A stretch of DNA of 58,623 nt, counting the filler, from Dirinaria sp. TL-2023a (Eukaryota), in assembly GCA_051941275.1 (NCBI GenBank). It is 5 parts of 5 records of this genome, joined end to end, with 100 filler letters (N's around TTAATTAATTAA, not from the genome) between each part and the next. Parts side by side here need not be neighbours in the genome. Positions count along the whole stretch, not along the records: positions 11,780 to 23,445 come from JAVEBF010000828.1; positions 23,546 to 35,174 come from JAVEBF010000829.1; 3 more parts are not named here. One strand, written 5' to 3'. The notes below the pieces were generated by a model. That model was not told the origin of the DNA and made no database searches. It saw only the letters and a list, made by a program, of their open reading frames with translations. Each line of letters begins with the position of its first letter. Position 1 is the stretch's first letter. Made by a program: the position numbers and the translations under genes. This document shows, in pieces, positions 12,802 to 26,710 of the stretch.

Positions 12802-14474
12802 ATGGAAAAGCGCCCAGGCCAGCACGATAAAGAGGAAGAAACAACCTCAAACCACGGATCCTCCTCCAAACACGACGACGCAAGCGAGGGCATAAAATTG
12901 ATCCCGCAACCGACCGACGACCCGGCAGATCCGCTCAACTGGTCTACAGCTAAAAAGCTGGCGACGCTGTTCATCGTGACGCTGGCCGGCTTCATCGGGC
13001 TCGCTCAGACGGTGGCGGCGAACTCGGGCTATTTCGTGCAGGCGGAGCTGTATGGCAAGACGGCTGTGCAGCTTTCTTATGGGGTTAGCCGTTTTCTCAT
13101 TCCATAACTTCTTTTTCCTTTGTTTGAGAACCAAAAAAAAAAAAAAAAAAAGGCAGTGGATTTTGACGAGCTGACGAGCAGACTTCCTCCGGGATCGTGG
13201 GTCTGGCGGTAGGTCCTCTGGTCTGGGCCCCGATCGCACAGCGCGTGGGGCGAACGTCGTGTATCTTCTGGGGGATGCTGGGGACCTTGATCTGCGGGAC
13301 GTGGTCTGCGGTGATGACCCACAAGGGCGATTACGACGACTTCGTCGTCTCCCGCTTCTTCGCGGCTTTCTTTGGCTCCGTCGCCTCGGCGATTGGTGCG
13401 GGGACCATCGTAGATATCTTCTTCCTCCATCAGCGTGGCAAAGCATTCATGTTCTACCTCGCCACTTTGAATCTCGGTACGGTTCTCGCGCCAACTGTGA
13501 GCGGCTACATCGTGGGGAACGTAGAATGGCCCGTGCAAATCTGGTGGACTGTCGGAGTCGAAGGCCTCACTGCTATGCTCACTCTTTTCTTCTTGGAGGA
13601 GACTGGTTTCCCGCGAGAGAATGGACATCTGCCGACACAACAATCCGTCAACGATCGCCCTCACTCTTACATCTCAAACCGCGTCGCAACGTTCCTCCCT
13701 GGCACCAAAATTGTTCCAAATTCTGACGGAGCAAGACCATCGCCTTTCACATCGATTCAAATAGGCCTCTGTCCCCTCACACTCTTAGCCGGCCTTCTAT
13801 TAACCGTGGACTATGGCTGGCTGATTGCGCAAAATACGCTCATCGCCGTGTTCTTGCAGAACCCGCCCTCCGAAGGCGGCTACGGCTTCACACCGGCCCA
13901 GAACGCCTCGTTCAACTTCGCGCAATGGATCGGCGTCATCCTTGCCATCGCGTACGGCTACTTTGTCAACGACCGCCTGCCGATCTGGATCTGCCACCGC
14001 ATTGGAGGAGGCACGTGGAGGCTCGAGTACCGACTCTATCCCGCGTTGCTGCCCGGCATTGTGCTGCTGCCTGCCGCCATGGGACTCTTTGGTGCGTGCT
14101 TGCAGTATCATCTGCATTACATAGTGCTGGCTCTATCAAGCCTTCTGGTCAATCTGACTGTAAACGCGGTGACGTCTGTGGTGACGAATTATGTGGCCGA
14201 GTCGTTTAGCGGGTTCGCAAGCGAGACGGCGACGATTTTGAATTTTTATAGGCTTCTTTTGGGGCTGTTGGTACCGTTTTTTGTCGATCCGTGGGAGCAG
14301 AAAGTTACCGTGGGATGGATGTTTGGGATGATGGCTTTCTTTTCCTTGGCATGTTCGACCATCTTGCTCGTTTTTATTTGGTATGGGCCTACAATACGGG
14401 AACTTTCGGCGAGGACGTCCATGGGAAAAGAAGAAGGGTTGGCACTGAAGAAAGAGCGCGCTACAGATGGTTGA
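12802..14474 (+). CDS. Major facilitator superfamily transporter (DHA1/HOL1-like); 2 exons (12802-13083, 13182-14474)
   Basis: LIPQPTDDPADPLNWS..KK N-terminal motif, GPLVWAPIAQRVGR, DIFFLHQRGK, FFLEETGF, EYRL, many hydrophobic segments. Intron GTTAGC..GCTGAC..CAG contains a poly-A run. Confidence 0.93.
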
Positions 14475-14990
14475 TTGCGTCCTCCTTTAAGCTGCATTGA
14501 AAAGAAGTATCTTTAATGCAATCTCATTAACCTGACCAGAAGGTAGCGCAGGACCAACACTATGAGACATAGCTTTCTTATATGGTTCCTGCGGCCAGGT
14601 GTCGCAGGTGCTGACCATCCTGAAATGGGTTAAAACGATTTCAGAGGTGGGATTCGCTGTGGATATACGCAAGATGTTGTCTTAGAACACTAACTGTATT
14701 CTTCGCAGCTTGATTCTTATAATTGTGTACTGAAGGATGCAACTTTATGCGACGGCGGGGTCTTAGAGATCGACAGCTAGATACTAGATCCCAACTTGCT
14801 ATAATCGGTCAATTAGTCTACCAATGATGACGTGCAGATACCATCACTCACCTGATACTGATTGTCTGGCTCAGCCAGCATCCTTTAGCTCAGCAGCATT
14901 CGCCCTTCAGCAGCATTAGTCATATACAATACATTGATCTCCAAGTTTGAAAAATGTAGGTAGGTTTCATGAGATCTTGTTATCCAGCAT

Positions 14991-16398
14991 TTAGAGAATC
15001 TCAATAGATGGGCCGATTACGGCCATGGAGTTGACATGAGAGTCCCAGCTGTCCAATGAATGAATTTGCTCATCGCATGTTGTCGAAATAGACTCTAATG
15101 GCTTCTCGGTTGGTTCCGAAAGGGAGCTGGCGCCTATATCGAGGCGTGGCCTGCGGGCAGGGATTCTCCCCTGATTTCTCGATGGCCGGTAGCTTTGACA
15201 GCGCAAGCATCCACTCCTAAAGCTGCAATGGTGACGATGGACAACGAGGTTGTAGATGGGACGTAATATTGGCAGACATGCTGAGACAATGCCTATCGAG
15301 TTTTCGACGTATGCCCAAATGCCCGGATCGACAAGAGCCCCTACACTCAATTAGCCTGCTAAGGGACCTAAGGGCGTTTTTAGGGGTCATACACGTTGCA
15401 TCGATTGAATTGAGACTCGGGAGTGTGGTTACACGGTAAATACTACCGATGCACACGCTAGAGCAAAGCATTAGGCCACTGTTCTGTCTGAATCCCAGGA
15501 AGACTCACAATCCGCCGAGAAGAAATATGCCCATGATCTGAATCTTCCATCTTCTTTCTATCTGGAGATACGAGACTGCATGCGTAGGAAGTAATAGAGT
15601 TGCAACGTCTGTTGCGACATTGACGGCGCCAATTATGATGGCCGCGAGAGCCAGATCGACACACGATCCTGGCACTGAAATGTTCCAACCTGCGTTGACC
15701 GGCCGGCATCGAAATATAGGTATCAATATTCCCGCTATAGTATAACATGTCACGAGGGTCCCTAGTATCCACACTGCGAGCCTGATGTATCTCTGCGATC
15801 CAAAAAGGCGCCAATACAAGCAGAGGACAGAATACTTGACAGCCGCTGTCCCAGCTACGTATAAGACTTCAACGGATATCACAATCTATCTAGATGGTCA
15901 ACGCCGAGCGTTTCCATTGGCAGTTGATTGATGATGAATAGCCCAACGGGAACGTACCTTGGCAAATTCGGAAGGGTGTTTAAGAAGTACTACATGCCTG
16001 CCGGCGCCGATCTTGATGGCTGTCCACGAGATAATGCTAAGCAATGCTGAAGTCTTGAGGAGATACTTCTTAACATACCCAGTATATCCACCGTCAACCC
16101 GCCAATGAGAATCGCCTAGCGCAAGAATTGGTCAGCTGTTTTTCAAAGGCGTAAGCTGAGCAAACAGGTCGCACTGCCGAGTTCCAAAGCCAGAGGATCT
16201 TACCAGGGCGATAAGCACCCAATAGTCATCAGCCTGCACCGAAGCTTTACTCACGCGTCGAGATACAAACCGGAGGACAGTAGCAACGACCGCAAGGCTG
16301 GTGCAGATGCTAAGAGAAACAATGAACGAGGTTCGTCGGTCATCACTTATGTGCTGCAGCTCGTAGCGAATCTCCGCTGGGGTTATTTGGTATAGCAT
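14991..16398 (-). CDS. PTH11-like integral membrane protein (fungal rhodopsin-like domain, no CFEM), multi-exon
   Basis: VLRFVSRR..ADDYW, GAGRH, KYSVLCLYWRLF, CRPVNAGWN..C, NVATD..LLP, ENSIGIVSACLPILRP; five GT-AG introns. Confidence 0.9.
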
Positions 16399-17877
16399 CG
16401 CGCCAGCAGGAATTTTTAGAGAATACTATCGTGAGGTAACAACGCTGCCTTCTTGATTGCTGTCTTCCATACTGCGGAACGTTTGCACAGCAATTGAAAC
16501 GACCTGCAGCTTTGCCGCCATCACAAAGAAGTGCCGTGCATATCGTCAAGACTCAAGCTGCTAATGAACCGACACGGGATCTGCGGTTAACGTTGGAGGA
16601 TATGCATCCTGTTCATGCTCTGAAGCAGATAAATTGTACTATCATCTGCAGCTGCATTCGACGAAACATGCCTTCGAAGGAAGCTCTCGCCTGACGCCCC
16701 ACCCCACGCCCAAGAAACCCAATGGTGGGAAGATGGTGTTTGCTGCTCGAGATGCGGCAAGTGCAGTGTGGTCCAGGACCTGCCATGTTGTGAGACCTCA
16801 ACATATGAATGGTCCGCGAAAGAGCACAGGCGGCTTGCGGCTGCATGGTTTCTTTTCCAAGAATAACCCGATCTTCGACGAGTATGGCACACTTGCTACC
16901 TTATCTGTATGAATAATGTGGCTATAGTCGAGATCCTTGCAGACTGTGAAACACCGGTCGCCCGTCAGTGCCACGGGGAAGCGACACAGGTGAGCCAGAA
17001 TTTCGGCAGTAGTAAGCTTTGCCAGTCTCATAATGGATGAAATGGTGTGGCGTAGACAACAACATCGATTTGTCGTGAGGGATACGTAATTGACAAAATC
17101 CTTCGTTCCCATGCGCTCTGGTGCTGGAATTGTGCTCGATTATGGGCCATGGCACTTCAAGATGCGGCCCGCCTCGATGGGCCTACGATTACGAGCCGAC
17201 CAGAGCGATTCTCACACAGATGCACAAATATAGCTTACACCTGTATGTAAATGAAGGATCAAGTTCAGTGTCAAAAGTTGACTGGAGCACCTCACCAGCA
17301 GCTGAAAGCCTACCAGCGACCTTAAGACGCATCGAATTCAATTAATTTTAGGGTTCTGTGACTAACCCTAAGGTCAGAGTCCTCCCTTATCTAATGTACA
17401 TGTAGGTAAGGTACCTTAGTATCAGGGCACAGCGGAGGGCATGAGGGCAGCCATGGCCCAAACTAGTGCCATTTGCTCTTGCCGTACCGCTAGCCTCTGG
17501 GTGTCTGTCGCAGATAGAATGTGCTATTTGAAGCTCTTCGTCCTTTCAAGAGCGGAACATAGAATTCTAAAGGTGGGGCGGGTGCAAAGGGCACGGGAGA
17601 CTTTTATGTGTCAGTATTATTGCCTCAGACATTTGCACGACGCCCAAATCGCCCCAGCTAATCAAAAGAATGTTTGCGAGAATCTGTTCAGTCTGGAGAT
17701 TATTCATTGATGTTGTGTACATGATTCACGTAGGCTTGGTGTGGGGTACAACAAAGCCGGAGTCTGAGTGCTGGGGCAGGTCGGATGCAAGCAACTTAAA
17801 CACCAGTGCCATACAGCTTTGGGCTCTATTGTGGATAGTCTTATGGATAGTGGTCTATTTATCGGAAATTCTTTTAT

Positions 17878-19760
17878 TCAGTCCTTTTCAAGCCGTACTG
17901 CAGAGTTGCTTTCCACGAAATTGAGATCAACTTTGTGCCCCAATAGCTCTCGTATGTTTTTCACGCCGTACCTGTTCTCTCATTAGCAGATGCAAACATG
18001 CAGCAGTCGGGCAGATATACTTGATCATGGTCGGCCTCTCCAAACTGAGTCCCCAGCCGTAGACCCTCATGTCCTTCGGCAACCCCATCGGTTCTAACAT
18101 CTCAGGCCTGAACATGCCGCTATTGCCGATCTCAACCCATTTGCCAAGGCCCCCGTGATATCCGAAAATCTCCATACTTGGCTCTGTGTAGGGGTTGTAC
18201 GCGGGCTTAAAGCGCAAGCGGTGTATCCCCATCTTGGCAAAAAAGACCTCCATGAAGCCTATCAAACCACCAAGCGTCAAATCCCAGTCGGCGATCACCC
18301 CTTCAACTTGGTGAAACTCAGCGAGGTGGGTGGCGTCTACGGTCTCATTCCGGAATACTCGGTCAATGGAGAAGTATCGCGCAGGACGAGGATTGGCAGC
18401 AAGCTTATACAGCATGTACGTCGAGGTCGCCGTGGTATGCGTGCGAAGTACGAGCCGCAATGACTCCTCCTCTTTCCAAGGATAGCGATAACCTATAGAG
18501 CCATACTTGCCATGTTCGTGCACCTCACGGACATTATCCCAATACTGCTGCGGGCCTGGCGCCCCTTCAGTGTGGGTTTTGGTTTGCGGAATCGAGCCAT
18601 TGGCAAGGTCATCTAGACCTGGGACGTCTCCTCGAGGCTTGTCTGCTTTTCCGGGATCGGAAATAAAAAACGTGTCTTGCATATCGCGAGCAGGGTGTTG
18701 TTGGGGTACAAAGAGGGCATCGAAGTTCCAGAAACCGGTTTCCACATAGCTGAAAATCGTCAGACGACCCTTGTAGACGATCTGGAGACTTACCAATTGG
18801 TAGGCATTTCCTCAAACCCCATTTCGAAGAAGATCTGTCTGAATTCGTGGCGTACTTTGTTCACTAAATACCCACGGTTGTCAGTGTCTCTGAACAGTCC
18901 GCCGCGAATTTGGGTTGTGGGGGTGATATACGGGGATGTAGCGCTCCACTTTCTGCCAGGGCACCTTTGGCGTTGAAGTTGTACGGCTTGAGCTGGACCG
19001 TCTTCCAGGAACCACTGGAGCAATCAGCGAGGGCTGTGAGAGATCAAGACGCATTACCTTGCCAGCATATCGGCTGTGAGGTCTGTCTCTTCCTTGACAA
19101 AGTCTTTTGCAAATTTTGGCCCCTTGCTAATCTCGAAGATCGAGACTTTTTGCATAGTAATTAATTTCCGCTTGCGTAGGTCACTCAGCACCTTCTGGTC
19201 AGGATACGATCGGGTTTGTTGTATGGTTTGCAGCTGTTCTTGACTTGTGTCTGTAATGGCATCTGTCTGAAGATTGTTAATAGCCAAGTCTTCTCCATAG
19301 AGCCTAGACTGACGGACGTTTGCCCTTAACAGGTCTTTATCCTTCACTATCCACCGCTCTTTCATGGCTTTTCCTTGGCCAACTTTGGCGCTCTCTTTCC
19401 CAACGATACCCTAAATATTGTCAACATAGGTATACTCACGCTAATGCCCGAATGAGCTAGCGTACAGTAGATCCCACGTACTGGCAAGTCGGCAATCTTA
19501 AGCCCTTCAACCGCTCTCTGTACAGCTTCGAAAACCTTGGCTTCGTGGCTGCCATGAGCAGCAATTCCTTCGGCTTCGGGTGTTAAAACGGCCTCTTCTC
19601 GGTCTATCTTCCGATATGTAACCATCTCGCGCGACCCAAGTCGGTCAAGAGCGCTCTTGACAGTTGTTGAGGGTATTGAAGGGAAAGCATCTGCGCTGAC
19701 GACGGGGGCATCGCTCTGAGACAGAGCATGGAGAATCTGGGAGGTAAGATCGGTCGCCAT
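17878..19760 (-). CDS. FRS2: Cytosolic phenylalanyl-tRNA synthetase alpha subunit, multi-exon
   Basis: [112 protein letters not shown]; last exon ends RLEKD-TGA at 17878. Confidence 0.97.
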
Positions 19761-20162
19761 GGTGGTTCAGAGTAGTGCACTAGCCGACAGCTCGGCTCTG
19801 AATGACAGATGACAGAGAATGAAAGGCAATCCACATGCCCTGGGGCTTTCAAAGCTGATCAATAGTACTGTAGTGAGCGCTCGAAAAGCATTCGGGGTAA
19901 AGTTCCTGCCAAGCCGGGATCTAATCTTATCTTGATCCTCGGGCGCAAAAGTGGCCAGATCTTTGTACATGTGGATTACTCCGATTACTCCGAAGTATTT
20001 CCAGCTGCAACAAAGAATCCCCCGAATCTCCTTCATCGCTTTGGGTGATGCCTACAGTCTTTCCACTTTGCGCATGTTCATTTGCCTGATCGCAGTACAT
20101 TCCTTCTTTGACCTTTCATCAAAGCGCACCTATGCCCTCAATGTGCGAGCTGTATTTTGGTA
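19761..20162. promoter_or_regulatory. Putative bidirectional promoter between FRS2 and MNL1
   Basis: Head-to-head start codons separated by 402 bp; no specific sites identified. Confidence 0.5.
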
Positions 20163-23100
20163 ATGCCCTTACAATGTCATCTTCCGCCAAAGGTTCTCCT
20201 AAGAAACCTCATACCATGTCTTGCAATCGTCGTCTTATGGATCACTGGCAGTTTTGGCATGAGCAGTCAAGAAATCCAAGAGCTAAGGTATGCTTCGTCA
20301 AATGTGTATGATTACTTGTGCGATCGGATTGCTGATTTGCACTAGGTTGGAGGCTGAACATATGTTCTACCATGGATACGACAATTACATAAAGCATGCT
20401 TTCCCAGAAGACGAACTTCGGCCTCTGACGTGTAAACCGCTAACGAGAGACCGTTCGAACCCTTTACATTATGAAATCAACGACGCTCTGGGCAACTACT
20501 CCCTGACGTTGATCGATAGTCTCTCGACCCTTGCCATCCTTGCTTCGTCTCCGTCAGCGGACGCCAAGAAGAGAGGGAAGGCCTTAAGCTACTTCCAAAC
20601 GGCAGTTGGAGCTTTGGTGGAACAATATGGCGATGGTGGAGACGGACCAAATGGCCGGGGTCTTCGGGCAACGGGTTTCGATCTCGACAGTAAAGTTCAG
20701 GTCTTTGAGACCGTGATCCGCGGTGTCGGTGGGCTTCTGAGTGCACATCAGTTCGCGGTCGGAGACTTACCCATCGGGGGATACAGTCCCAGAAAGGGGC
20801 AGCAGCAAAGGCACGTTGAGGTTCGTGTTAAATGGCCCAACGGTTTCGTCTACGATGGACAGCTACTGCGCCTTGCCCTCGACCTTGCCACTAGGCTTCT
20901 ACCTGCTTTTAATACGCCGACTGGCATTCCTTATCCTAGGGTGAATCTGAGGTATGGAGTGCCCTTCTATGTCAATTCACCTATGAATTATGAGGATGAG
21001 GGTGAAGATGGGATTTGCCAACCAGCTCAGCAATCGAGTTCCGAGGCTACCGAGACATGTAGCGCAGGTGCTGGTAGCCTCATACTGGAGTTCAGCACTC
21101 TAAGTCGCCTCACTGACATGCATGTGTTTGAGGAAGTCGCTAAGCGCGCCTTCTGGGCTATATGGGACCGACGAAGCACGATTGGCCTGATCGGGTCAGG
21201 CATTGATGCCGAGAGCGGGCTCTGGACAAGTCCGTACACTGGGATTGGAGCAGGTATCGACTCCTTCTTCGAGTATGCGGCGAAGTCCTACATTCTGCTT
21301 TCGGGCGCTTCAAAGATAAACGAGTCAGGTGTATATAGTACACCGTCACCGACGACTCCGAGTGTAGTGACCGCGCCCGCTGACCAGGAAAGTGCGGAGA
21401 GCTTCTTGCGGGTATGGCAAGAAGCGCATACCGCCATCACTCGACACTTGCGTCGTGGCAAGAACTATATTCACCCACACTACATTCAAGCTGATCTCTA
21501 TACTGGCGCAGCCCGGGGATTCTGGTTCGACAGTTTGAGTGCTTTCTACCCTGGACTTCTGGCTTTGATGGGCAATGTGGACGAGGCCATCGAATCCCAC
21601 CTTCTGTTGACTGCGGTTTGGACACGCTATTCAGCATTGCCCGAAAGATGGTCTGTATCGTCGGGTAGTGTTGAAGGTGGTCTCAACTGGTGGGGAGGGA
21701 GACCTGAATTTATCGAATCTACTTATCATCTCTACCGAGCAACGGGGGACCCCTGGTATCTTCGTGTTGGTGAAATGGTACTACGCGATATCAAGCGACG
21801 GTGCTGGACCAAGTGTGGTTGGGCTGGCATCCAGGATGTGCGCACTGGTGAGCGCAGTGATCGGATGGAAAGCTTCTTCCTCGGCGAGACTACAAAGTAC
21901 CTGCTCCTGTTGTTCGATCCCGAGCATCCCTTGAACAAGCTCGATGCTCCTTTCGTATTCAGTACAGAAGGCCATCCTCTGATCATTCCCCGCAACGCGA
22001 GATCGCACTCGAAGCCTTCCGCAGAAGGCTCTGTCATCAAAGAAGCCGACTTGGGCTCGTGTCCCATTGCGCCACCGAAGCTCCCCTTCAGCATGTCAAC
22101 CGTTGCTGCGAGAGGCGACATCTTCCACGCAGCGAACCTTGCTCGCTTACATCTCATGCCAACGCCCAACAACATTGACTCTCCTCTGGTCGAGTATTCG
22201 AGCGACCACCCGAGCATCTCCATCTCCGACATTCGTTCTCCGTCCAATTACACCTACTTCCCGTGGACCCTTCCTCCGGAACTTATCCCCCACAATGCGG
22301 CTTGTACGAAAATCGTGTCCCGCCCAACCTTTGATATCACCTTTCCTACGGATCCTAGCGTGGTTCTTAACCCTGGTATGCTGCAGCGCGTACTGAATGG
22401 CATCCTCGTCCACTCCATGAGCGGTCTGCGCATGAACATGATCCAGGACGTGCCTCCTAGTCCCGACGATCACGAGGACAAAGACCTCTTCCGCATCCAA
22501 GCCGTCAACAACATCCTCCTTGGAAAGGACGAAAAGGTCTTCCTCCCGAACGAAATAGTCTCCAGCGTCCTGAACGCGCAGGACCCGAATTTCCAGCGAG
22601 TACGTGAAACCTCCATGTTGGATCTGGTCATAGACGTTAAATCTCCCGATCCAGCCTCCTCATCGTCAGAGCCCAACTCCACCACCTCCACCATGACCCC
22701 ATCTTCAACCGCCTCCCTCATCTTCTCCGAATCCCCACGAAACGACGTCAACTGCGTTTCGGAACCCGACTCTTCGCCCATTCGCCTAGCCTTCAATTCC
22801 CTCCTCCAGCACGTCAACGCCCTCATCCACGACCCCAACCCTCCCCAGCCGCAAAACCACCCCCCTTCAAACCGCCTCTACCTCCCCGCCATCACCCCGA
22901 GCGGCGCCGGCGCCGCCCCATTGCCCGACGTGGCCGAAGCCCTCGGGCCATCCCCGCACGGCGGCGCCCGCGGCTCCCTCATCTGGGACAGAATCTACCT
23001 TGGAGACGAAAACTGCGCGACCGCGCTGCCGGCGCACGTGGTGCGGGAGCACCAGATCCTCGTGCTGCGCCGCGGGGGGTGCTCCTTTTCGCAGAAGCTG

Positions 23101-23394
23101 CACAACATCCCGACGTACGCGCCGTCGAAGACGTCGCTGCAATTGGTCGTCGTGGTCTCCTTTGAAGACGAGGACGGCGCGGGGCTTCCCCCCGGTTGGC
23201 TGATCCGGCCGCTGTTGGAGAAGGTCCAGATGACGCCCAAGGGGCTGGCGAGGAGGAACCCGATCCCGATGGTGCTGGTTGGTGGTGGGCACGAGACGTG
23301 GGATGCGCTCACGAGGGCCATAGCTGTGGGCATCAAGCGGCGGTGGAAGGTGCTGGCGCAGGGGATCGGGGTGGGGAATCTGATTATTACGTAG
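20163..23394 (+). CDS. MNL1: GH47 ER-degradation-enhancing alpha-mannosidase-like protein (EDEM/Htm1) with C-terminal PA-like domain; 2 exons (20163-20287, 20346-23394)
   Basis: Hydrophobic N-terminus; HMFYHGYDNY..HAFPEDELRP, LIDSLSTL, VFETVIRGVGGLLSAH, GIGAGIDSFFEY, RPEFIESTY, MESFFLGETTKY, FSTEGHP; PA-type LVLRRGGCSFSQK. Confidence 0.95.
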
Positions 23395-23445
23395 GAAAAT
23401 CTCAATGATATTTTTTTTTTTTTTAGCACGAAGGAGTTTGTAAGG

Positions 23446-23545
23446 NNNNNNNNNNNNNNNNNNNNNNNNNNNNNNNNNNNNNNNNNNNNTTAATTAATTA
23501 ANNNNNNNNNNNNNNNNNNNNNNNNNNNNNNNNNNNNNNNNNNNN
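23446..23545. other. Artificial contig linker N44-TTAATTAATTAA-N44
   Basis: Same 100-nt linker. Confidence 0.98.
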
Positions 23546-23576
23546 TGGTGCGTAGTCTGGATGTTGTCTAATTTAC

Positions 23577-23714
23577 CATGCTAATAATAAGGATTTTGGG
23601 AGTGGTCACGTTCTGGTAGCTCTGTCTGGGAACAAGATAAGGTGCGTCATTCGGACTTGCAATAGCAGTTGCTAGGATTGACCACAGAATGGCGACAGAG
23701 TTGAAGACACCCAT
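23577..23714 (-). CDS. First exon of a probable purine nucleoside permease (NUP family); rest of gene lies beyond the contig end
   Basis: Signal peptide MGVFNSVAILWSILATAIA then PKILIISM followed by a GTAAAT donor. PK(V/I)xIISMF is the recalled N-terminal motif of fungal NUP proteins. Confidence 0.6.
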
Positions 23715-25418
23715 GACTAAGTAGCGTTCCAGATCAAAGATTGCCTGCTTGACAGTCCTCGTACAACAAACTACTGATCTACAAATAGAATGCCGATTCG
23801 TTCCGGTAATGAAAACATCAGAGGCATTCGAACGCTCAAAATGCATTTTTGAGATTCATGACTGCCATAATGCGCTTTCAGCGGTTGGCGTGCTAGTAAA
23901 GCGTTTACCGATAAACAATGGGTGGATCGCTTGGGATTCGCTCCAGACATTTTAATTGGCGGGATTGCTCGTTCCATGGTTGTTAATGTGCGGGTAAAGT
24001 CTCCGACGTGGTACTGACACACATGCAGACCGTGCTCACCGCTGCCTGGAAATATGAGCGGTCGGCTCCACTGACTGTAGGAATCATACAGAGTGGATCT
24101 CTGCGTGTACATCCAACAAAGTTTGATTTCTGTTGAATAGCTTCTCTACCTGCGAAGAGTGGACGTGTAAAATACACCAACCCTTTTCATGAAGATCGTG
24201 ATGGATGGTAAACTACTTATATGGATATTAGTAGACCTCCTCCCAATACCTCTGTAGAGATTTGTGTACGGAGCGGAGTATCATATGCTGCCTTGAATCG
24301 GCCTCGGTATCAAGCTTTAGGACTTCGGGACGACAAGCACAGGCAGCCAAGCGTCCATAGCAACCGGGCGTTTTGGATCTTCATGTTCGTTTCATGCAAT
24401 GCAGCTCCGTTGGCCAGGAGTACCTACATAAGCGGGTTAGAGGTGACATCATGGGCTCCATAAGGTGACGGATCATTGCTCAGGGCTGAAAGAAAAGCAA
24501 ACACAATTTGCGCTTGCATGATGCAAGGTCCGAAGAGGGAATGGATGACGCCCGTTAGCCCCAAACCATGTTTAACGGTGAAGATATTCCTGTTCACGTG
24601 GAGATTGTCAGGCTTTCTCTTCTATGGAAAAGGGCTGTCGCTGCAGTGAGCGTCAACGGAGCCTTTGCACTTTTGAGTGGTTGACGGAGATAGGGAGGAA
24701 ATTATTGGAGTCGTAAGATACGTCTTCGATGTCGTCGGGCAAACGATCAGGCGTGGGGGCGGAAAAACGCGGAACCGGCTCCGTGTAACCTTATTCCGAG
24801 CCCTAATTGGACCTGGCCCCCGGTTTCTGCTTACGTACTCCGTACAGTACTTTAGTAGATAAAGAAACCTTTAAAGCCCGTGCGGATATATTCGTCCGGC
24901 AGGATTCGGCGGTTCCTCATTGCGGCAGGAGTACACTTCTCGCCCGAGGAGGATCTCTTTGTAGAGGGCGAAAGGCCTTCGTAATAACTCGCGTCTGACA
25001 AATGGCAACGAGCTGCTTCCAAGCAAAGTAATTGGGGGGCGATGTGGGTGAGTAGAAGCTAGGACATCAAGTCAAGTTCCTGGCTCTCCTACGCGCGCCG
25101 ACCAGCGGCTATGCTGAAAGAAGGGTGCAGGCGCCGAGTACGTGGTCTGTGGGTGGATGAACCTTTTGCGAAAGCGACCGGCAATGGCCCCTTAGATTAA
25201 ATGATCGGATATGTGAGTGATCGTTGAAATGCAACGATCAGCCCAGCTGCCGGGCTAGAAACTAGAATGGGCCCAGCAAACGCACTGCTGGTTATGCATA
25301 CCTACATAAGAGCCATTGACGAGGCTCAGACTGCTTAATTGATAAAATACTTCCATTTGCTCTCCGATACAGATACGCAAATGCTTTGCTTTGTTTTTCA
25401 ATAGTAGATCCCTTGAAA

Positions 25419-26710
25419 ATGGCGGTACCGGACCCTGCGCCTTATAATGACCGAGGATACATACTTATTATAATCGCGGTAATCACGTTGGTTTCGGCGC
25501 TGTCTTTACTCTGCTCAAGGTTCTGTGTCCGTACGAAGATAACAAAAAATCCTGGTTGGGATGATCTTTTCATCGTTCTTGCCGTGGTAGGGAAATACCA
25601 AGCCATCTCCGAGATATATACTCGCTAACAAGAAGGCAAGATGACAGCCGTGGTCGCAGTAGGCATGGGAATGACTGCAGTACATTATGGCCTTGGACGA
25701 CACATCGAAGTCTTGCCGCCAGAGCACATCAGCACAGTGATCAAATGGGACTTCGTCCAATCACTTCCTTTGGGACTTGCTGCCATGTTCACCAAGATAT
25801 CCGTCTTTTTCTTCTTGCGCCGTCTCTTTCTGACCACGCAAACGAAGTGGACCTGGAACTGGACCCTGCACTTTATCAATGCCGTTAATATTGCAGCGAA
25901 TCTAGCTTCTGCTAGCACGGTGCTACCCCAATGCAGTCCTATCAAGAAGCTCTGGGATCCTACCGTGCCTGGTAGTTGCTGGTCTCCCGATACCCAAAGG
26001 GCAATTGGGATATTCCAAGGAGGTGATCTTCTAGCGGAAAGGAAAAGCTTGCCAGCAGCTCCAACTAATCTTCAAGCCTAGTAACGTCTGCCTTTTGCGA
26101 TTTCGCCTTTTCATTTCTTCCAATAGTTTTCCTGTGGAATGTGCACATCAGCTTCAGGATCAAACTTGGTATTTGTTCTCTGATGGGGTTAGGCTTCTTG
26201 TCGGTCTCCCTCTCCTAATATCTGAAAATAAATATTTAACATCTCGACCTTAGCACGGCAGCATGCGCTGTTGTAAGAACGGTGGTGGCAAACACGGAAG
26301 ATTATAACGACTTCACCTGTAAGTTGCTACCCGAGTGGAGATTGCACACACCTTACCAGGGTTTCTAGACAGCGACTTAGTTTGGAATATCTGGATTTAG
26401 TGAGTTATCCGCCTACAAACAATTTTTCCCCTCTTGCATTGAATGGCCTGATTGATCTGAGAACAGCCTGGAAACCATGCTTGGTATTGTTGCAGCTTGC
26501 TTACCAACAGTTCGGCCCTTCTTCAAAACGCAGTTCATCAAAAGGTACTCGAGCAAATACTGTTCGAGCGAATTTTTCAGCCGTAGACACGTCACCAGGG
26601 GCAGGATACACCAGGACCAACATGGGTTCATCTTTTCCAGCGTACCCCGCGAAACGCCAGGGTCTTCTGCGACCAAGGGCAGTGAGAGCAAGATCGCTAT
26701 GTTGGTGTGA
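25419..26710 (+). CDS. PTH11-like integral membrane protein (no CFEM), multi-exon
   Basis: SRFCVR..GWDDLFI, YGLGRH, TKISVFFFLRRLF, QCSPIKKLWDPTVPGSC, DFAFSFLP, ETMLGIVAACLPTVRP; five GT-AG introns keep the frame. Confidence 0.9.

Noticed and set aside
12802..14474. MFS transporter as the exporter of the terpene cluster
   Set aside because: On a different contig; no linkage evidence.
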